NCBI RefSeq assembly: GCF_013167455.1 | Contig: NZ_CP038328.1 | Source: Escherichia coli O157:H7 | GTDB lineage: Bacteria > Pseudomonadota > Gammaproteobacteria > Enterobacterales > Enterobacteriaceae | DNA: 64,000 nucleotides | Strand: one strand, 5' to 3' | Part shown: piece by piece, positions 16,011-27,745 of the stretch | Layout: each line of letters starts with the position of its first letter | How positions within the stretch are numbered: the first letter of the stretch is position 1 | Notes under the pieces: model-generated | Seen by the model: only the letters and a program-made list of their open reading frames with translations | Databases searched by the model: none | What the model was told of the DNA's origin: nothing | Made by a program: the position numbers and the translations under genes

Positions 16011-16580
16011 ATGAAACGACTTATTGTGGGCATCAGCGGTGCCAGCGGCGCGATTTATGGTGTGCGCTTATTACAGGTTCTGCGCGATGTCACAGATATC
16101 GAAACGCATCTGGTAATGAGCCAGGCGGCGCGCCAGACCTTATCCCTCGAAACGGATTTTTCCCTGCGCGAAGTGCAGGCATTAGCTGATGTCACGCATG
16201 ATGCGCGCGATATTGCCGCCAGCATCTCTTCCGGTTCTTTCCAGACACTGGGGATGGTGATTTTACCCTGTTCAATCAAAACCCTGTCCGGCATTGTCCA
16301 TAGCTATACTGATGGCTTACTGACCCGTGCGGCAGATGTGGTGCTGAAAGAGCGTCGCCCACTGGTGCTCTGCGTGCGTGAAACACCATTGCACTTAGGC
16401 CATCTGCGTTTAATGACGCAGGCAGCAGAAATCGGTGCGGTGATTATGCCTCCCGTTCCGGCGTTTTATCATCGCCCGCAATCCCTTGATGATGTGATAA
16501 ATCAGACGGTTAATCGTGTTCTTGACCAGTTTGCGATAACCCTTCCTGAAGATCTCTTTGCCCGCTGGCAGGGCGCATAA
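16011..16580 (+). CDS. ubiX: Flavin prenyltransferase UbiX
   Basis: 189 aa; flavoprotein fold with N-terminal GISGASGAIYG. Confidence 0.95.
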   Translation: MKRLIVGISGASGAIYGVRLLQVLRDVTDIETHLVMSQAARQTLSLETDFSLREVQALADVTHDARDIAASISSGSFQTLGMVILPCSIKTLSGIVHSYTDGLLTRAADVVLKERRPLVLCVRETPLHLGHLRLMTQAAEIGAVIMPPVPAFYHRPQSLDDVINQTVNRVLDQFAITLPEDLFARWQGA

Positions 16581-16588
16581 CTCCGCTG

Positions 16589-16613
16589 TTGCCCTGTTTC
16601 AGGGCAATTTTGC
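16589..16613 (+). terminator. Intrinsic terminator after ubiX
   Basis: ttgccctg-tttc-agggcaa followed by ttttg. Confidence 0.7.
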
Positions 16614-16761
16614 AACCGCGATCAAATCCTCGACATTTTGTTTCTGCCATTCAATCGAAACGCTGCGATTCAACCGCTATACCTGCTATCTTCAACTTTA
16701 GGACAATAATGCAACGTCTTATTAACATATTTAACGTTGAATGTTACTGTTGTCGTCAAGA

Positions 16762-16777
16762 TGGCATAAGACCTGCA
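16762..16777 (+). promoter_or_regulatory. Sigma-54 (-24/-12) promoter upstream of argT
   Basis: tGGcataagacctGCat fits the GG-N10-GC spacing; about 70 bp upstream of the argT ATG. Confidence 0.7.
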
Positions 16778-16845
16778 TGAACAAGCCTGCAAACACACAA
16801 CACAATACACAACATAAAAAAGCCATTTTCACTTGAGGGTTATGT

Positions 16846-17628
16846 ATGAAGAAGTCGATTCTCGCTCTGTCTTTGTTAGTCGGTATTTCCGCAGCGGCTT
16901 CCAGCTATGCGGCATTGCCGGAGACGGTACGTATCGGAACCGATACCACCTATGCACCGTTCTCGTCGAAAGATGCCAAAGGTGACTTTGTCGGCTTTGA
17001 TATCGATCTCGGTAACGAGATGTGCAAACGGATGCAGGTGAAATGTACCTGGGTTGCCAGTGACTTTGACGCGCTGATCCCCTCACTGAAAGCGAAAAAA
17101 ATCGACGCCATTATTTCGTCGCTTTCCATTACCGATAAACGTCAGCAGGAGATTGCCTTCTCCGACAAGCTGTACGCCGCAGATTCCCGTCTGATTGCCG
17201 CCAAAGGTTCGCCGATTCAGCCAACGCTGGACTCACTGAAAGGTAAACATGTTGGTGTGCTGCAGGGATCAACCCAGGAAGCTTACGCTAACGAGACCTG
17301 GCGTAGCAAAGGTGTGGATGTGGTGGCCTATGCCAACCAGGATTTGGTCTATTCCGATCTGGCTGCAGGACGTCTGGATGCTGCACTGCAGGATGAAGTT
17401 GCTGCCAGCGAAGGATTCCTCAAGCAACCTGCTGGTAAAGATTTCGCCTTTGCTGGCTCATCAGTAAAAGACAAAAAATACTTCGGTGATGGCACCGGTG
17501 TAGGGCTACGTAAAGATGATGCTGAACTGACGGCTGCCTTCAATAAGGCGCTTGGCGAGCTGCGTCAGGACGGCACCTACGACAAGATGGCGAAAAAGTA
17601 TTTTGACTTTAATGTCTACGGTGACTGA
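16846..17628 (+). CDS. argT: Lysine/arginine/ornithine-binding periplasmic protein
   Basis: 260 aa with signal peptide; close paralog of the adjacent hisJ. Confidence 0.95.
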   Translation: MKKSILALSLLVGISAAASSYAALPETVRIGTDTTYAPFSSKDAKGDFVGFDIDLGNEMCKRMQVKCTWVASDFDALIPSLKAKKIDAIISSLSITDKRQQEIAFSDKLYAADSRLIAAKGSPIQPTLDSLKGKHVGVLQGSTQEAYANETWRSKGVDVVAYANQDLVYSDLAAGRLDAALQDEVAASEGFLKQPAGKDFAFAGSSVKDKKYFGDGTGVGLRKDDAELTAAFNKALGELRQDGTYDKMAKKYFDFNVYGD

Positions 17629-17848
17629 TACGTCGCAGGGAAGCTGTACCTGATGGAATGATCATCATGGTGCACGCCAGGTTTGTTGCACTATCGTGGT
17701 GCATTGAAATGCATACTTAAGCATTTTTAATGAAAAATAATACGTCTAACGGGGCGGGATATTTTGCCTTGATGGTCAATTTTATGGCACGATAAGTGTA
17801 ACAAACCTGTAAATATTCCCTATAAAAAGACTGTCAGTTGAGGACATT

Positions 17849-18631
17849 ATGAAAAAACTGGTGCTATCGCTCTCTCTGGTTCTGGCCTTCTCCAGCGCAA
17901 CTGCGGCATTTGCTGCGATTCCGCAAAACATCCGCATCGGTACCGACCCGACCTATGCGCCATTTGAATCAAAAAATTCACAAGGCGAACTGGTTGGCTT
18001 CGATATCGATCTGGCAAAGGAATTATGCAAACGCATCAATACGCAATGTACGTTTGTCGAAAATCCGCTGGATGCGTTAATCCCGTCCTTAAAAGCGAAG
18101 AAGATTGACGCCATCATGTCATCGCTTTCCATTACGGAAAAACGTCAGCAAGAAATAGCCTTCACCGACAAACTGTACGCTGCCGATTCTCGTCTGGTGG
18201 TGGCGAAAAATTCTGACATTCAGCCGACAGTCGAGTCGCTGAAAGGCAAACGGGTAGGCGTATTGCAGGGCACTACCCAGGAGACGTTCGGTAATGAACA
18301 TTGGGCACCAAAAGGCATTGAAATCGTCTCGTATCAGGGGCAGGACAACATTTATTCTGACCTGACTGCCGGACGTATTGATGCCGCGTTCCAGGATGAG
18401 GTCGCTGCCAGCGAAGGTTTCCTCAAACAACCTGTCGGTAAAGATTACAAATTCGGTGGCCCGTCTGTTAAAGATGAAAAACTGTTTGGCGTAGGGACCG
18501 GCATGGGCCTGCGTAAAGAAGATAACGAACTGCGCGAGGCACTGAACAAAGCCTTTGCCGAAATGCGCGCTGACGGTACTTACGAGAAATTAGCGAAAAA
18601 GTACTTCGATTTTGATGTTTATGGTGGTTAA
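17849..18631 (+). CDS. hisJ: Histidine-binding periplasmic protein
   Basis: 260 aa, signal peptide [22 protein letters not shown]; followed by hisQMP. Confidence 0.95.
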   Translation: MKKLVLSLSLVLAFSSATAAFAAIPQNIRIGTDPTYAPFESKNSQGELVGFDIDLAKELCKRINTQCTFVENPLDALIPSLKAKKIDAIMSSLSITEKRQQEIAFTDKLYAADSRLVVAKNSDIQPTVESLKGKRVGVLQGTTQETFGNEHWAPKGIEIVSYQGQDNIYSDLTAGRIDAAFQDEVAASEGFLKQPVGKDYKFGGPSVKDEKLFGVGTGMGLRKEDNELREALNKAFAEMRADGTYEKLAKKYFDFDVYGG

Positions 18632-18655
18632 TCGCCATCGGTGAAAGAAAGCCCG

Positions 18656-18679
18656 CTCCCTTCGGGTAACCGGAGGGAG
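18656..18679 (+). other. hisJ-hisQ intercistronic stem-loop
   Basis: ctcccttcgg-gtaa-ccggagggag (one G-U pair), no U-tract. Confidence 0.6.
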
Positions 18680-18720
18680 ACAAGAGGCGGTAATTCACCA
18701 CACACGACAGGACAGGCAGC

Positions 18721-19407
18721 ATGTTGTATGGGTTTTCAGGTGTTATTTTACAGGGTGCGCTCGTCACGCTGGAGCTGGCTATCAGCTCTGTAGTGCTCGC
18801 TGTAATCATCGGTTTAATTGGCGCTGGCGGTAAGCTCTCGCAAAATCGGCTTTCGGGGCTGATTTTCGAAGGGTACACCACGCTGATTCGTGGCGTGCCG
18901 GACTTAGTGTTGATGCTGCTGATTTTCTACGGTTTGCAGATTGCGCTAAACACGGTGACGGAGGCGATGGGCGTCGGGCAGATTGATATCGATCCGATGG
19001 TCGCTGGTATTATCACTCTCGGTTTTATCTACGGTGCTTATTTTACCGAAACGTTCCGTGGTGCTTTTATGGCAGTGCCGAAAGGACATATAGAGGCGGC
19101 GAGGGCGTTCGGTTTTACTCGTGGGCAAGTGTTTCGGCGGATCATGTTTCCGGCGATGATGCGTTACGCCCTGCCAGGCATTGGCAACAACTGGCAGGTG
19201 ATCCTCAAATCTACCGCACTGGTTTCGTTACTCGGCCTGGAAGATGTGGTCAAAGCCACGCAGCTGGCAGGCAAAAGTACCTGGGAACCGTTCTATTTCG
19301 CTATCGTCTGTGGCGTGATTTACCTGGTTTTCACCACCGTTTCCAATGGTGTGCTGCTGTTCCTTGAGCGCCGCTACTCTGTGGGTGTGAAGAGGGCTGA
19401 CCTGTGA
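18721..19407 (+). CDS. hisQ: Histidine ABC transporter permease HisQ
   Basis: 228 aa, multi-TM permease. Confidence 0.95.
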   Translation: MLYGFSGVILQGALVTLELAISSVVLAVIIGLIGAGGKLSQNRLSGLIFEGYTTLIRGVPDLVLMLLIFYGLQIALNTVTEAMGVGQIDIDPMVAGIITLGFIYGAYFTETFRGAFMAVPKGHIEAARAFGFTRGQVFRRIMFPAMMRYALPGIGNNWQVILKSTALVSLLGLEDVVKATQLAGKSTWEPFYFAIVCGVIYLVFTTVSNGVLLFLERRYSVGVKRADL

Positions 19408-20120
19408 TCGAAATCTTACATGAATACTGGAAACCGCTGCTGTGGACCGACGGTTATCGCTTTACTGGTGTGGCGATCACTCTGTGGCTGCTTATTTTGT
19501 CGGTAGTGATAGGCGGAGTCCTGGCGCTGTTTCTGGCGATTGGTCGTGTCTCCAGTAATAAATACATCCAGTTTCCAATCTGGTTATTTACCTATATTTT
19601 TCGCGGTACGCCGCTGTATGTTCAGTTGCTGGTGTTCTATTCCGGCATGTATACGCTGGAGATTGTTAAGGGGACCGAGTTTCTTAACGCCTTTTTCCGC
19701 AGTGGCCTGAACTGTACCGTGCTGGCGCTGACGCTTAACACCTGCGCTTACACTACCGAGATTTTTGCTGGGGCAATCCGTTCGGTGCCGCATGGGGAAA
19801 TTGAAGCCGCCAGAGCCTATGGCTTCTCGACTTTTAAAATGTATCGCTGCATTATTTTGCCTTCTGCGCTGCGTATTGCGTTACCGGCATACAGCAACGA
19901 AGTGATCCTGATGCTGCACTCTACTGCGTTGGCATTTACTGCCACGGTGCCGGATCTGCTGAAAATAGCCCGCGATATTAACGCCGCCACGTATCAACCT
20001 TTTACCGCCTTCGGCATTGCCGCGGTGCTCTATTTAATCATCTCTTATGTCCTGATCAGCCTCTTTCGCAGAGCGGAAAAACGCTGGTTGCAGCATGTGA
20101 AACCTTCTTCAACGCACTGA
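19404..20120 (+). CDS. hisM: Histidine ABC transporter permease HisM
   Basis: 238 aa; overlaps hisQ stop by 4 bp. Confidence 0.95.
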   Translation: MIEILHEYWKPLLWTDGYRFTGVAITLWLLILSVVIGGVLALFLAIGRVSSNKYIQFPIWLFTYIFRGTPLYVQLLVFYSGMYTLEIVKGTEFLNAFFRSGLNCTVLALTLNTCAYTTEIFAGAIRSVPHGEIEAARAYGFSTFKMYRCIILPSALRIALPAYSNEVILMLHSTALAFTATVPDLLKIARDINAATYQPFTAFGIAAVLYLIISYVLISLFRRAEKRWLQHVKPSSTH

Positions 20121-20127
20121 GAATACG

Positions 20128-20901
20128 ATGTCCGAGAATAAATTAAACGTTATCGATTTGCACAAACGCTATGGCGAACACGAAGTGCTGAAAGGGGTGT
20201 CACTGCAAGCGAATGCCGGAGATGTAATAAGCATCATCGGATCGTCGGGATCGGGGAAAAGTACCTTTCTGCGCTGCATTAACTTCCTCGAAAAACCGAG
20301 TGAAGGGTCGATCGTGGTCAATGGCCAGACGATCAATCTGGTGCGCGACAAAGACGGTCAACTCAAAGTCGCCGATAAAAATCAACTGCGCTTACTGCGC
20401 ACACGCCTGACGATGGTATTCCAGCACTTCAATCTCTGGAGCCATATGACGGTGCTGGAAAACGTCATGGAAGCGCCGATTCAGGTGTTGGGCCTGAGCA
20501 AGCAGGAAGCGCGCGAGCGGGCGGTGAAGTATCTGGCAAAAGTCGGGATAGACGAACGTGCGCAGGGGAAATACCCGGTGCACCTGTCCGGTGGTCAGCA
20601 ACAGCGTGTTTCCATAGCGCGGGCGCTGGCAATGGAACCGGAAGTTCTGTTGTTTGATGAACCGACATCGGCCCTTGACCCAGAGCTGGTGGGTGAAGTG
20701 CTGCGCATTATGCAGCAGCTGGCGGAAGAGGGAAAAACGATGGTGGTGGTGACCCACGAAATGGGCTTTGCTCGCCATGTATCTACTCACGTCATTTTCC
20801 TCCATCAGGGGAAAATAGAGGAAGAAGGCGCGCCGGAGCAGTTATTTGGCAACCCGCAAAGCCCTCGTCTGCAACAGTTCCTTAAAGGTTCGCTGAAATA
20901 A
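20128..20901 (+). CDS. hisP: Histidine ABC transporter ATP-binding protein HisP
   Basis: 257 aa; Walker [13 protein letters not shown] signature LSGGQQQRV, Walker [12 protein letters not shown]. Confidence 0.97.
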   Translation: MSENKLNVIDLHKRYGEHEVLKGVSLQANAGDVISIIGSSGSGKSTFLRCINFLEKPSEGSIVVNGQTINLVRDKDGQLKVADKNQLRLLRTRLTMVFQHFNLWSHMTVLENVMEAPIQVLGLSKQEARERAVKYLAKVGIDERAQGKYPVHLSGGQQQRVSIARALAMEPEVLLFDEPTSALDPELVGEVLRIMQQLAEEGKTMVVVTHEMGFARHVSTHVIFLHQGKIEEEGAPEQLFGNPQSPRLQQFLKGSLK

Positions 20902-20907
20902 TTGCCT

Positions 20908-20937
20908 CTCCGGTGGCTAACGCTGCCGGAGTATTTT
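20908..20937 (+). terminator. Intrinsic terminator after hisP
   Basis: ctccgg...ccggag stem followed by tatttt. Confidence 0.65.
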
Positions 20938-21097
20938 CAAGGGGAATTTGCGAGTCAGCTTCCGCTGAAATGTAAAAGTTGCAGTCCGCTAAAAATACTT
21001 CTGAATTCGCTGTCCAAAGATAAAAACTGCCTGCTGCATTGGGTGTTAATCGTGGTTATTGTCGCGTCATCTTAAATTTGAGGGGTGACGGAACGCC

Positions 21098-21988
21098 ATG
21101 ACAATATCGACAACTTCCACGCCGCATGATGCGGTATTTAAATCTTTTTTACGCCATCCAGACACCGCGCGGGATTTTATTGATATTCATCTTCCCGCGC
21201 CGCTGCGCAAACTGTGTGATTTAACGACGCTTAAACTGGAACCAAACAGTTTTATTGATGAAGACCTGCGGCAATATTATTCCGACCTCTTGTGGTCTGT
21301 GAAAACGCAGGAGGGAGTGGGTTATCTTTATGTAGTGATAGAGCACCAAAGTAAGCCGGAAGAATTAATGGCTTTTCGCATGATGCGTTATTCCATTGCG
21401 GCAATGCAAAACCATCTTGATGTGGGCTATAAAGAGCTTCCATTGGTGATCCCGATGCTGTTTTATCATGGTTGCAGAAGTCCTTATCCTTATTCACTCT
21501 GCTGGCTTGATGAATTTGCCGAGCCTGCGATTGCCCGTAAAATATATTCATCGGCTTTTCCGTTGGTGGATATTACCGTGGTGCCGGATGACGAGATTAT
21601 GCAACATCGTAAAATGGCGCTGTTGGAGTTAATTCAGAAACATATTCGTCAGCGCGATCTGTTGGGATTAGTCGACCAAATTGTTTCGCTGCTAGTTACA
21701 GGGAACACTAATGACAGACAGCTAAAAGCCCTGTTTAATTATGTATTACAAACGGGAGATGCCCAGCGTTTCCGTGCATTTATTGGTGAGATAACAGAAC
21801 GCGCACCACAAGAAAAGGAGAAACTGATGACCATTGCTGACAGATTACGTGAAGAAGGCGCAATGCAGGGCAAACACGAAGAAGCTCTGCGTATTGCTCA
21901 GGAGATGCTGGAAAAAGGATTTGACCACGAAGTCATCCTGACGCTGACCCGACTTTCACCAGACGATCTTATCGCGCAAAGCCACTAA
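21098..21988 (+). CDS. rpnB: Recombination-promoting nuclease RpnB (Rpn/YhgA-like, transposase_31 PD-(D/E)XK family)
   Basis: 296 aa; N-terminal HDAVFKSFL typical of Rpn/YhgA-like proteins; visibly AT-rich coding sequence. Confidence 0.85.
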   Translation: MTISTTSTPHDAVFKSFLRHPDTARDFIDIHLPAPLRKLCDLTTLKLEPNSFIDEDLRQYYSDLLWSVKTQEGVGYLYVVIEHQSKPEELMAFRMMRYSIAAMQNHLDVGYKELPLVIPMLFYHGCRSPYPYSLCWLDEFAEPAIARKIYSSAFPLVDITVVPDDEIMQHRKMALLELIQKHIRQRDLLGLVDQIVSLLVTGNTNDRQLKALFNYVLQTGDAQRFRAFIGEITERAPQEKEKLMTIADRLREEGAMQGKHEEALRIAQEMLEKGFDHEVILTLTRLSPDDLIAQSH

Positions 21989-22035
21989 CCCTGTAACACC
22001 GGGAGTTAACTGGCGGATGTTTGCAGTAAACCACA

Positions 22036-22929
22036 TCAGCGAACGACATCCGCCAGCGCCTCTTCTAAATCGTACCAGCGAAACGCAAAACCCGCTTCTT
22101 CCAGCCGTTTAGGCAGCGCGCGTTGTCCACCTAATACCAGTACTGAAGATTCGCCCATTAACAGCCGAATGGCGGTTGCGGGGACGCGCAAAATAGCCGG
22201 GCGATGCAGCGCATGACCGAGCGCATGGGCAAATTGTTCATTGCGTATCGGGTAGGGCGAAACCATATTAAATGGCCCGCGCAGCTCGTTATCCAGCAGC
22301 CAGAGAATGCCGTTGACCATATCATCGATATGAATCCAGGCCAGATACTGCCGACCGGAACCAATCGGCCCGCCCAGGCCAAGACGAAACGGCGGCAGCA
22401 TTTTACCGAGAATACCGCCATCCGGTGCCAGCACTACGCCGGTACGCAGCAGGCACACTCGCGTTTTGTCACTTTGCGCCCGACAGGCAATTTCTTCCCA
22501 GCGGGCGCAGAGTTTATGGGTAAATTTGTTATGCGGCGGTTCCTCTTCGGTAACCACCACTTCACCTAAGTCGCCATAATAGCCCGTTGCCGAGCCGGAA
22601 ATGAGTACCGACGGTGGCGTGTCGCTGGCATTAATCAAATCGACCAGTTTTTGCGTGATATTCCAGCGGCTTTGGCAGAGACGCTCTTTTTGCTCGTGAG
22701 TCCAACGTTTATCAGCAATCGGTTCTCCGGCCAGGTTGATTACCGCATCAATGCCGTTGAGGTTGCTTTGATCGGCAAGCCCTTGCCATAGTGTCACCCG
22801 AGGGCCGAGAACGGAACTGGCTTTCTGCGGGTTACGCGTCATTACCGTGATTTGATGGCCCAGCTCCAGCAAACGTGGAATCAAATGGCGACCAATTAAT
22901 CCCGTCCCTCCGGTGATCACTATGTTCAT
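22036..22929 (-). CDS. yfcH: Epimerase-family NAD-binding protein YfcH
   Basis: 297 aa; N-terminal Rossmann motif [12 protein letters not shown]. Confidence 0.92.
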   Translation of the reverse strand: MNIVITGGTGLIGRHLIPRLLELGHQITVMTRNPQKASSVLGPRVTLWQGLADQSNLNGIDAVINLAGEPIADKRWTHEQKERLCQSRWNITQKLVDLINASDTPPSVLISGSATGYYGDLGEVVVTEEEPPHNKFTHKLCARWEEIACRAQSDKTRVCLLRTGVVLAPDGGILGKMLPPFRLGLGGPIGSGRQYLAWIHIDDMVNGILWLLDNELRGPFNMVSPYPIRNEQFAHALGHALHRPAILRVPATAIRLLMGESSVLVLGGQRALPKRLEEAGFAFRWYDLEEALADVVR

Positions 22930-22949
22930 GCAGCCTCCCGATATGGCGG

Positions 22950-23312
22950 TTAACGCTGCCAGCTTAAGGTCATGGATACCGAATCGGCGTAGCGCAGCGC
23001 GTGCAGTTTATCGATCTCCACTTCAGCATACGTCACCCAGTGATGTTCACGTGCGATATCGAGCACATCCTGAGTTAATTTTTCCAGCAAAGAGAAACGG
23101 TTATTCTCTACATGCTGAATAATGTTTTTCGTTACGGTGCGATAATTCAGCGCATCGTTGATATCTTCGCTAGTGCGCGCTTTATCGGCGGGGTAGTGGA
23201 TCGTCACATTGATAACAATATCCTGACGGTTGTTAATTTCTTCTTCCTTAATTCCGATAAATGTACGTAAACGAAGGTTCTTTATACGAATAATAGCGGC
23301 AGGTTGTGCCAT
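22950..23312 (-). CDS. folX: Dihydroneopterin triphosphate 2'-epimerase
   Basis: 120 aa; FolB/FolX fold size, start [21 protein letters not shown]. Confidence 0.93.
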
Positions 23313-23368
23313 TGCAGGTTCTCCGTTGTTTTACTTAGGATGAAATAATACACGAGAACCTGTTTCTG

Positions 23369-24845
<1,477 letters not shown>

Positions 24846-24848
24846 TGA

Positions 24849-25403
24849 GTGATGAAACTGATGTTTGCATCGGACATTCATGGGTCGTTACCGGCGACGG
24901 AACGTGTTCTGGAGTTGTTTGCCCAAAGCGGTGCCCAGTGGCTGGTGATCCTTGGCGACGTGTTGAATCACGGCCCGCGTAATGCTTTACCGGAGGGTTA
25001 CGCGCCAGCCAAAGTCGCTGAACGGCTTAATGAAGTGGCACATAAGGTTATCGCTGTGCGCGGCAACTGCGACAGCGAAGTGGATCAAATGCTGCTGCAT
25101 TTCCCGATAACCGCGCCGTGGCAACAGGTATTACTGGAAAAACAACGTCTGTTTTTGACGCATGGTCATCTTTTTGGCCCGGAAAATCTGCCTGCTTTAA
25201 ACCAGAACGATGTGCTGGTTTACGGTCATACCCATCTGCCAGTAGCAGAACAGCGGGGGGAGATTTTCCACTTCAACCCCGGCTCGGTGAGTATTCCGAA
25301 AGGCGGTAATCCGGCGAGTTATGGCATGCTGGATAATGACGTACTTAGTGTAATCGCACTCAATGATCAAAGTATCATTGCGCAGGTCGCGATTAATCCG
25401 TAA
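24849..25403 (+). CDS. yfcE: Mn-dependent phosphodiesterase YfcE (calcineurin-like metallophosphoesterase)
   Basis: 184 aa; metallophosphoesterase motifs DIHGS, GDVLNHGPRN, GNCD, THGH, GHTH. Confidence 0.93.
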   Translation: MMKLMFASDIHGSLPATERVLELFAQSGAQWLVILGDVLNHGPRNALPEGYAPAKVAERLNEVAHKVIAVRGNCDSEVDQMLLHFPITAPWQQVLLEKQRLFLTHGHLFGPENLPALNQNDVLVYGHTHLPVAEQRGEIFHFNPGSVSIPKGGNPASYGMLDNDVLSVIALNDQSIIAQVAINP

Positions 25404-25460
25404 TTTACCCACAACTCAAAATGCGCCGTAAGAGCGCCAGAAAAAGAAGGTTTCCTGATA

Positions 25461-26003
25461 ATGGAACAGCGTCGTTTGGCAAGTACTGAATGGGTGGATA
25501 TTGTCAATGAAGAGAACGAAGTCATTGCACAAGCCAGCCGGGAGCAAATGCGGGCACAGTGTCTGCGTCATCGTGCAACTTACATCGTCGTGCATGATGG
25601 CATGGGCAAAATTCTGGTCCAGCGTCGTACCGAGACAAAAGACTTTTTACCCGGCATGTTAGATGCGACCGCTGGCGGTGTAGTCCAGGCCGATGAGCAA
25701 CTGCTGGAATCCGCGCGTCGCGAAGCGGAAGAAGAGTTGGGCATTGCCGGTGTCCCCTTTGCCGAGCACGGGCAGTTCTATTTCGAAGATAAAAATTGCC
25801 GTGTCTGGGGCGCATTGTTCAGCTGCGTCTCTCACGGTCCCTTCGCCCTACAGGAAGATGAAGTCAGTGAAGTTTGCTGGCTGACGCCGGAAGAAATCAC
25901 CGCACGCTGCGATGAGTTCACTCCAGACTCGCTGAAAGCGCTAGCGTTGTGGATGAAGCGCAATGCCAAAAATGAAGCCGTAGAGACTGAAACGGCAGAA
26001 TGA
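25461..26003 (+). CDS. yfcD: Nudix hydrolase YfcD
   Basis: 180 aa; Nudix box [24 protein letters not shown]. Confidence 0.93.
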
Positions 26004-26035
26004 AAAAAGAGCCGCAATTGCGGCTCTTAACATTT
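26003..26035. terminator. Bidirectional terminator between convergent yfcD and yfcC
   Basis: agagccgc-aatt-gcggctct perfect hairpin flanked by aaaaa upstream and ttttt downstream. Confidence 0.75.
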
Positions 26036-27556
26036 TTAGTGGTAGCCCATCAACTGAGCGCCGATCACCACGACGCTGGACATAATAAACAGCAGTCCAA
26101 GCAGGGTCGCGCCCACCTTCAGCCAGTTACGGAAGTCCACCCGGCAAACACCGAGCGTCGCCATTAACGAAGCTGAGGTCGGGTAAATGATGTGACTGAA
26201 GCCATCACCAAACTGGAAAGCCAGCACGGTAACCTGACGGTTAACACCGACCAGATCGCCAAGCGGTGCCAGTAACGGCATGGTTAACGCCGCCTGACCA
26301 GAACCGGACGTCACGAAGAAATTAAATACCGCCTGGAAGAGCAACATAAACCAGGCCGCGACCGCGTTGTCCAGACCGCTAATGGCATTGGCAATGCTGT
26401 TGAGGATAGTATTTAACACGCTGGCATCACCCGCTTCACCATTACCGACCAGCAGCAAAATCCCTTTGGCGAAACCCACCAGCAGGGCAGGGGCGATCAT
26501 CATTCGCGCCCCTTCGGTGAAGGATGAAGCCATGGTATTAACCGTCATACCGTTAAGGCGGAAAACAACGCCGATGATGCCAATCACCAGACCCATGGTG
26601 AAGAACTGGCTGGCAATTTCTGGAATAAACCAGGCATTAACGATCACGCCCCAAATCACCCAGACCATTACGGCGGTCAGGACAATCAATACCAGCCAGT
26701 CACCAAAGGTAAACGGACGTTGTTCAACATCCGCCTGCTTTTCACGAAAGAAGCGGTCGGACTCATGCACGCGTGACAGAAGAGGATTCTTTTTCACTCG
26801 TGAGGCGTACACCATGGTAAAGATCAGGCCAATCAGAGTGGCGATAACCCACACCACGATGCGCAACCCGGAGCCAGAAAGCACCGGAACGCCGGCAATC
26901 CCCTGAGCAACGACCACACAAAACGGGTTCATCCACGAACTGGCAAAACCGATTTGCGTGGCAATATAGGTCACCAGGACGGTGGTAATACTGTCATAGC
27001 CCAGCCGGACCATTAGCGGTGCGATGATAATGGCAAAGGCGACGGCCTCTTCCCCCATACCAAATACCGCGCCGCCAAGTGAAAACAGAATAAACAGCGC
27101 AGGAATAAAGAGAATTTCATTCCCACGGGTATGGCGAATAAGCGCCAGGATACCGTTATCAATGGTTCCTGTACGCATCACAATGCCAAACGCGCCGCCA
27201 ATCACCAGCATAAACATGATGATGCCAACGGCTGTCCCGTATTTCGATCCTGAGGTTAACCCTTCAAACGGGAAGTTCATCAGGCCCGGGCGTTCATCGC
27301 CCGTCGTGAACAGCTGTACGCGGTGATACTCAGGTTCGCCTGCTTCGTTAGTCAGAAGGCGAAATGAGTGTGGATCTACGACTTTGCGTGTTTTTGTTTG
27401 ACCATCAACCTGATACTGCACTTCCTGACTGTCAAACATCCCCACCGGAACTACCCAGGTGGCAAGGCTGGTTAAAATAGCAACAAAAAAGATAATCACC
27501 AACGTATCGGGCATTGCCCATCTTCTTGTTGGTTTGGATTCAGTGATTGCGGACAT
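26036..27556 (-). CDS. yfcC: Putative inner membrane transporter YfcC (C4-dicarboxylate anaerobic carrier-like)
   Basis: Track ORF 513 aa; likely start at the ATG giving 506 aa (MSAITESKPTRRW..); polytopic membrane protein. Confidence 0.9.
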   Translation of the reverse strand: MSAITESKPTRRWAMPDTLVIIFFVAILTSLATWVVPVGMFDSQEVQYQVDGQTKTRKVVDPHSFRLLTNEAGEPEYHRVQLFTTGDERPGLMNFPFEGLTSGSKYGTAVGIIMFMLVIGGAFGIVMRTGTIDNGILALIRHTRGNEILFIPALFILFSLGGAVFGMGEEAVAFAIIIAPLMVRLGYDSITTVLVTYIATQIGFASSWMNPFCVVVAQGIAGVPVLSGSGLRIVVWVIATLIGLIFTMVYASRVKKNPLLSRVHESDRFFREKQADVEQRPFTFGDWLVLIVLTAVMVWVIWGVIVNAWFIPEIASQFFTMGLVIGIIGVVFRLNGMTVNTMASSFTEGARMMIAPALLVGFAKGILLLVGNGEAGDASVLNTILNSIANAISGLDNAVAAWFMLLFQAVFNFFVTSGSGQAALTMPLLAPLGDLVGVNRQVTVLAFQFGDGFSHIIYPTSASLMATLGVCRVDFRNWLKVGATLLGLLFIMSSVVVIGAQLMGYH

Positions 27557-27745
27557 AGCGCAAATATTCCCTTGCACAAAACAAAGTGGTAAGTATGCAA
27601 AGTGAGATGGCGCAATTCATTGATGCAGCGCAGTTAAGCAAGATAATCAGAAAGGATTAATGCAAATTAAGAGAATAAAAAACCGGAAATAGTGACTATT
27701 TCCGGTTCAGATATCCGCAGCGCAAAGCTGCGGATGATGACGAGG

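Noticed and set aside
22007-22057. 11-bp inverted repeat (ctggcggatgt ... acatccgccag) spanning the rpnB/yfcH junction
   Set aside because: Arms are about 30 bp apart and one lies inside the yfcH coding 3' end; more likely a weak convergent terminator or chance than a mobile-element terminal repeat.
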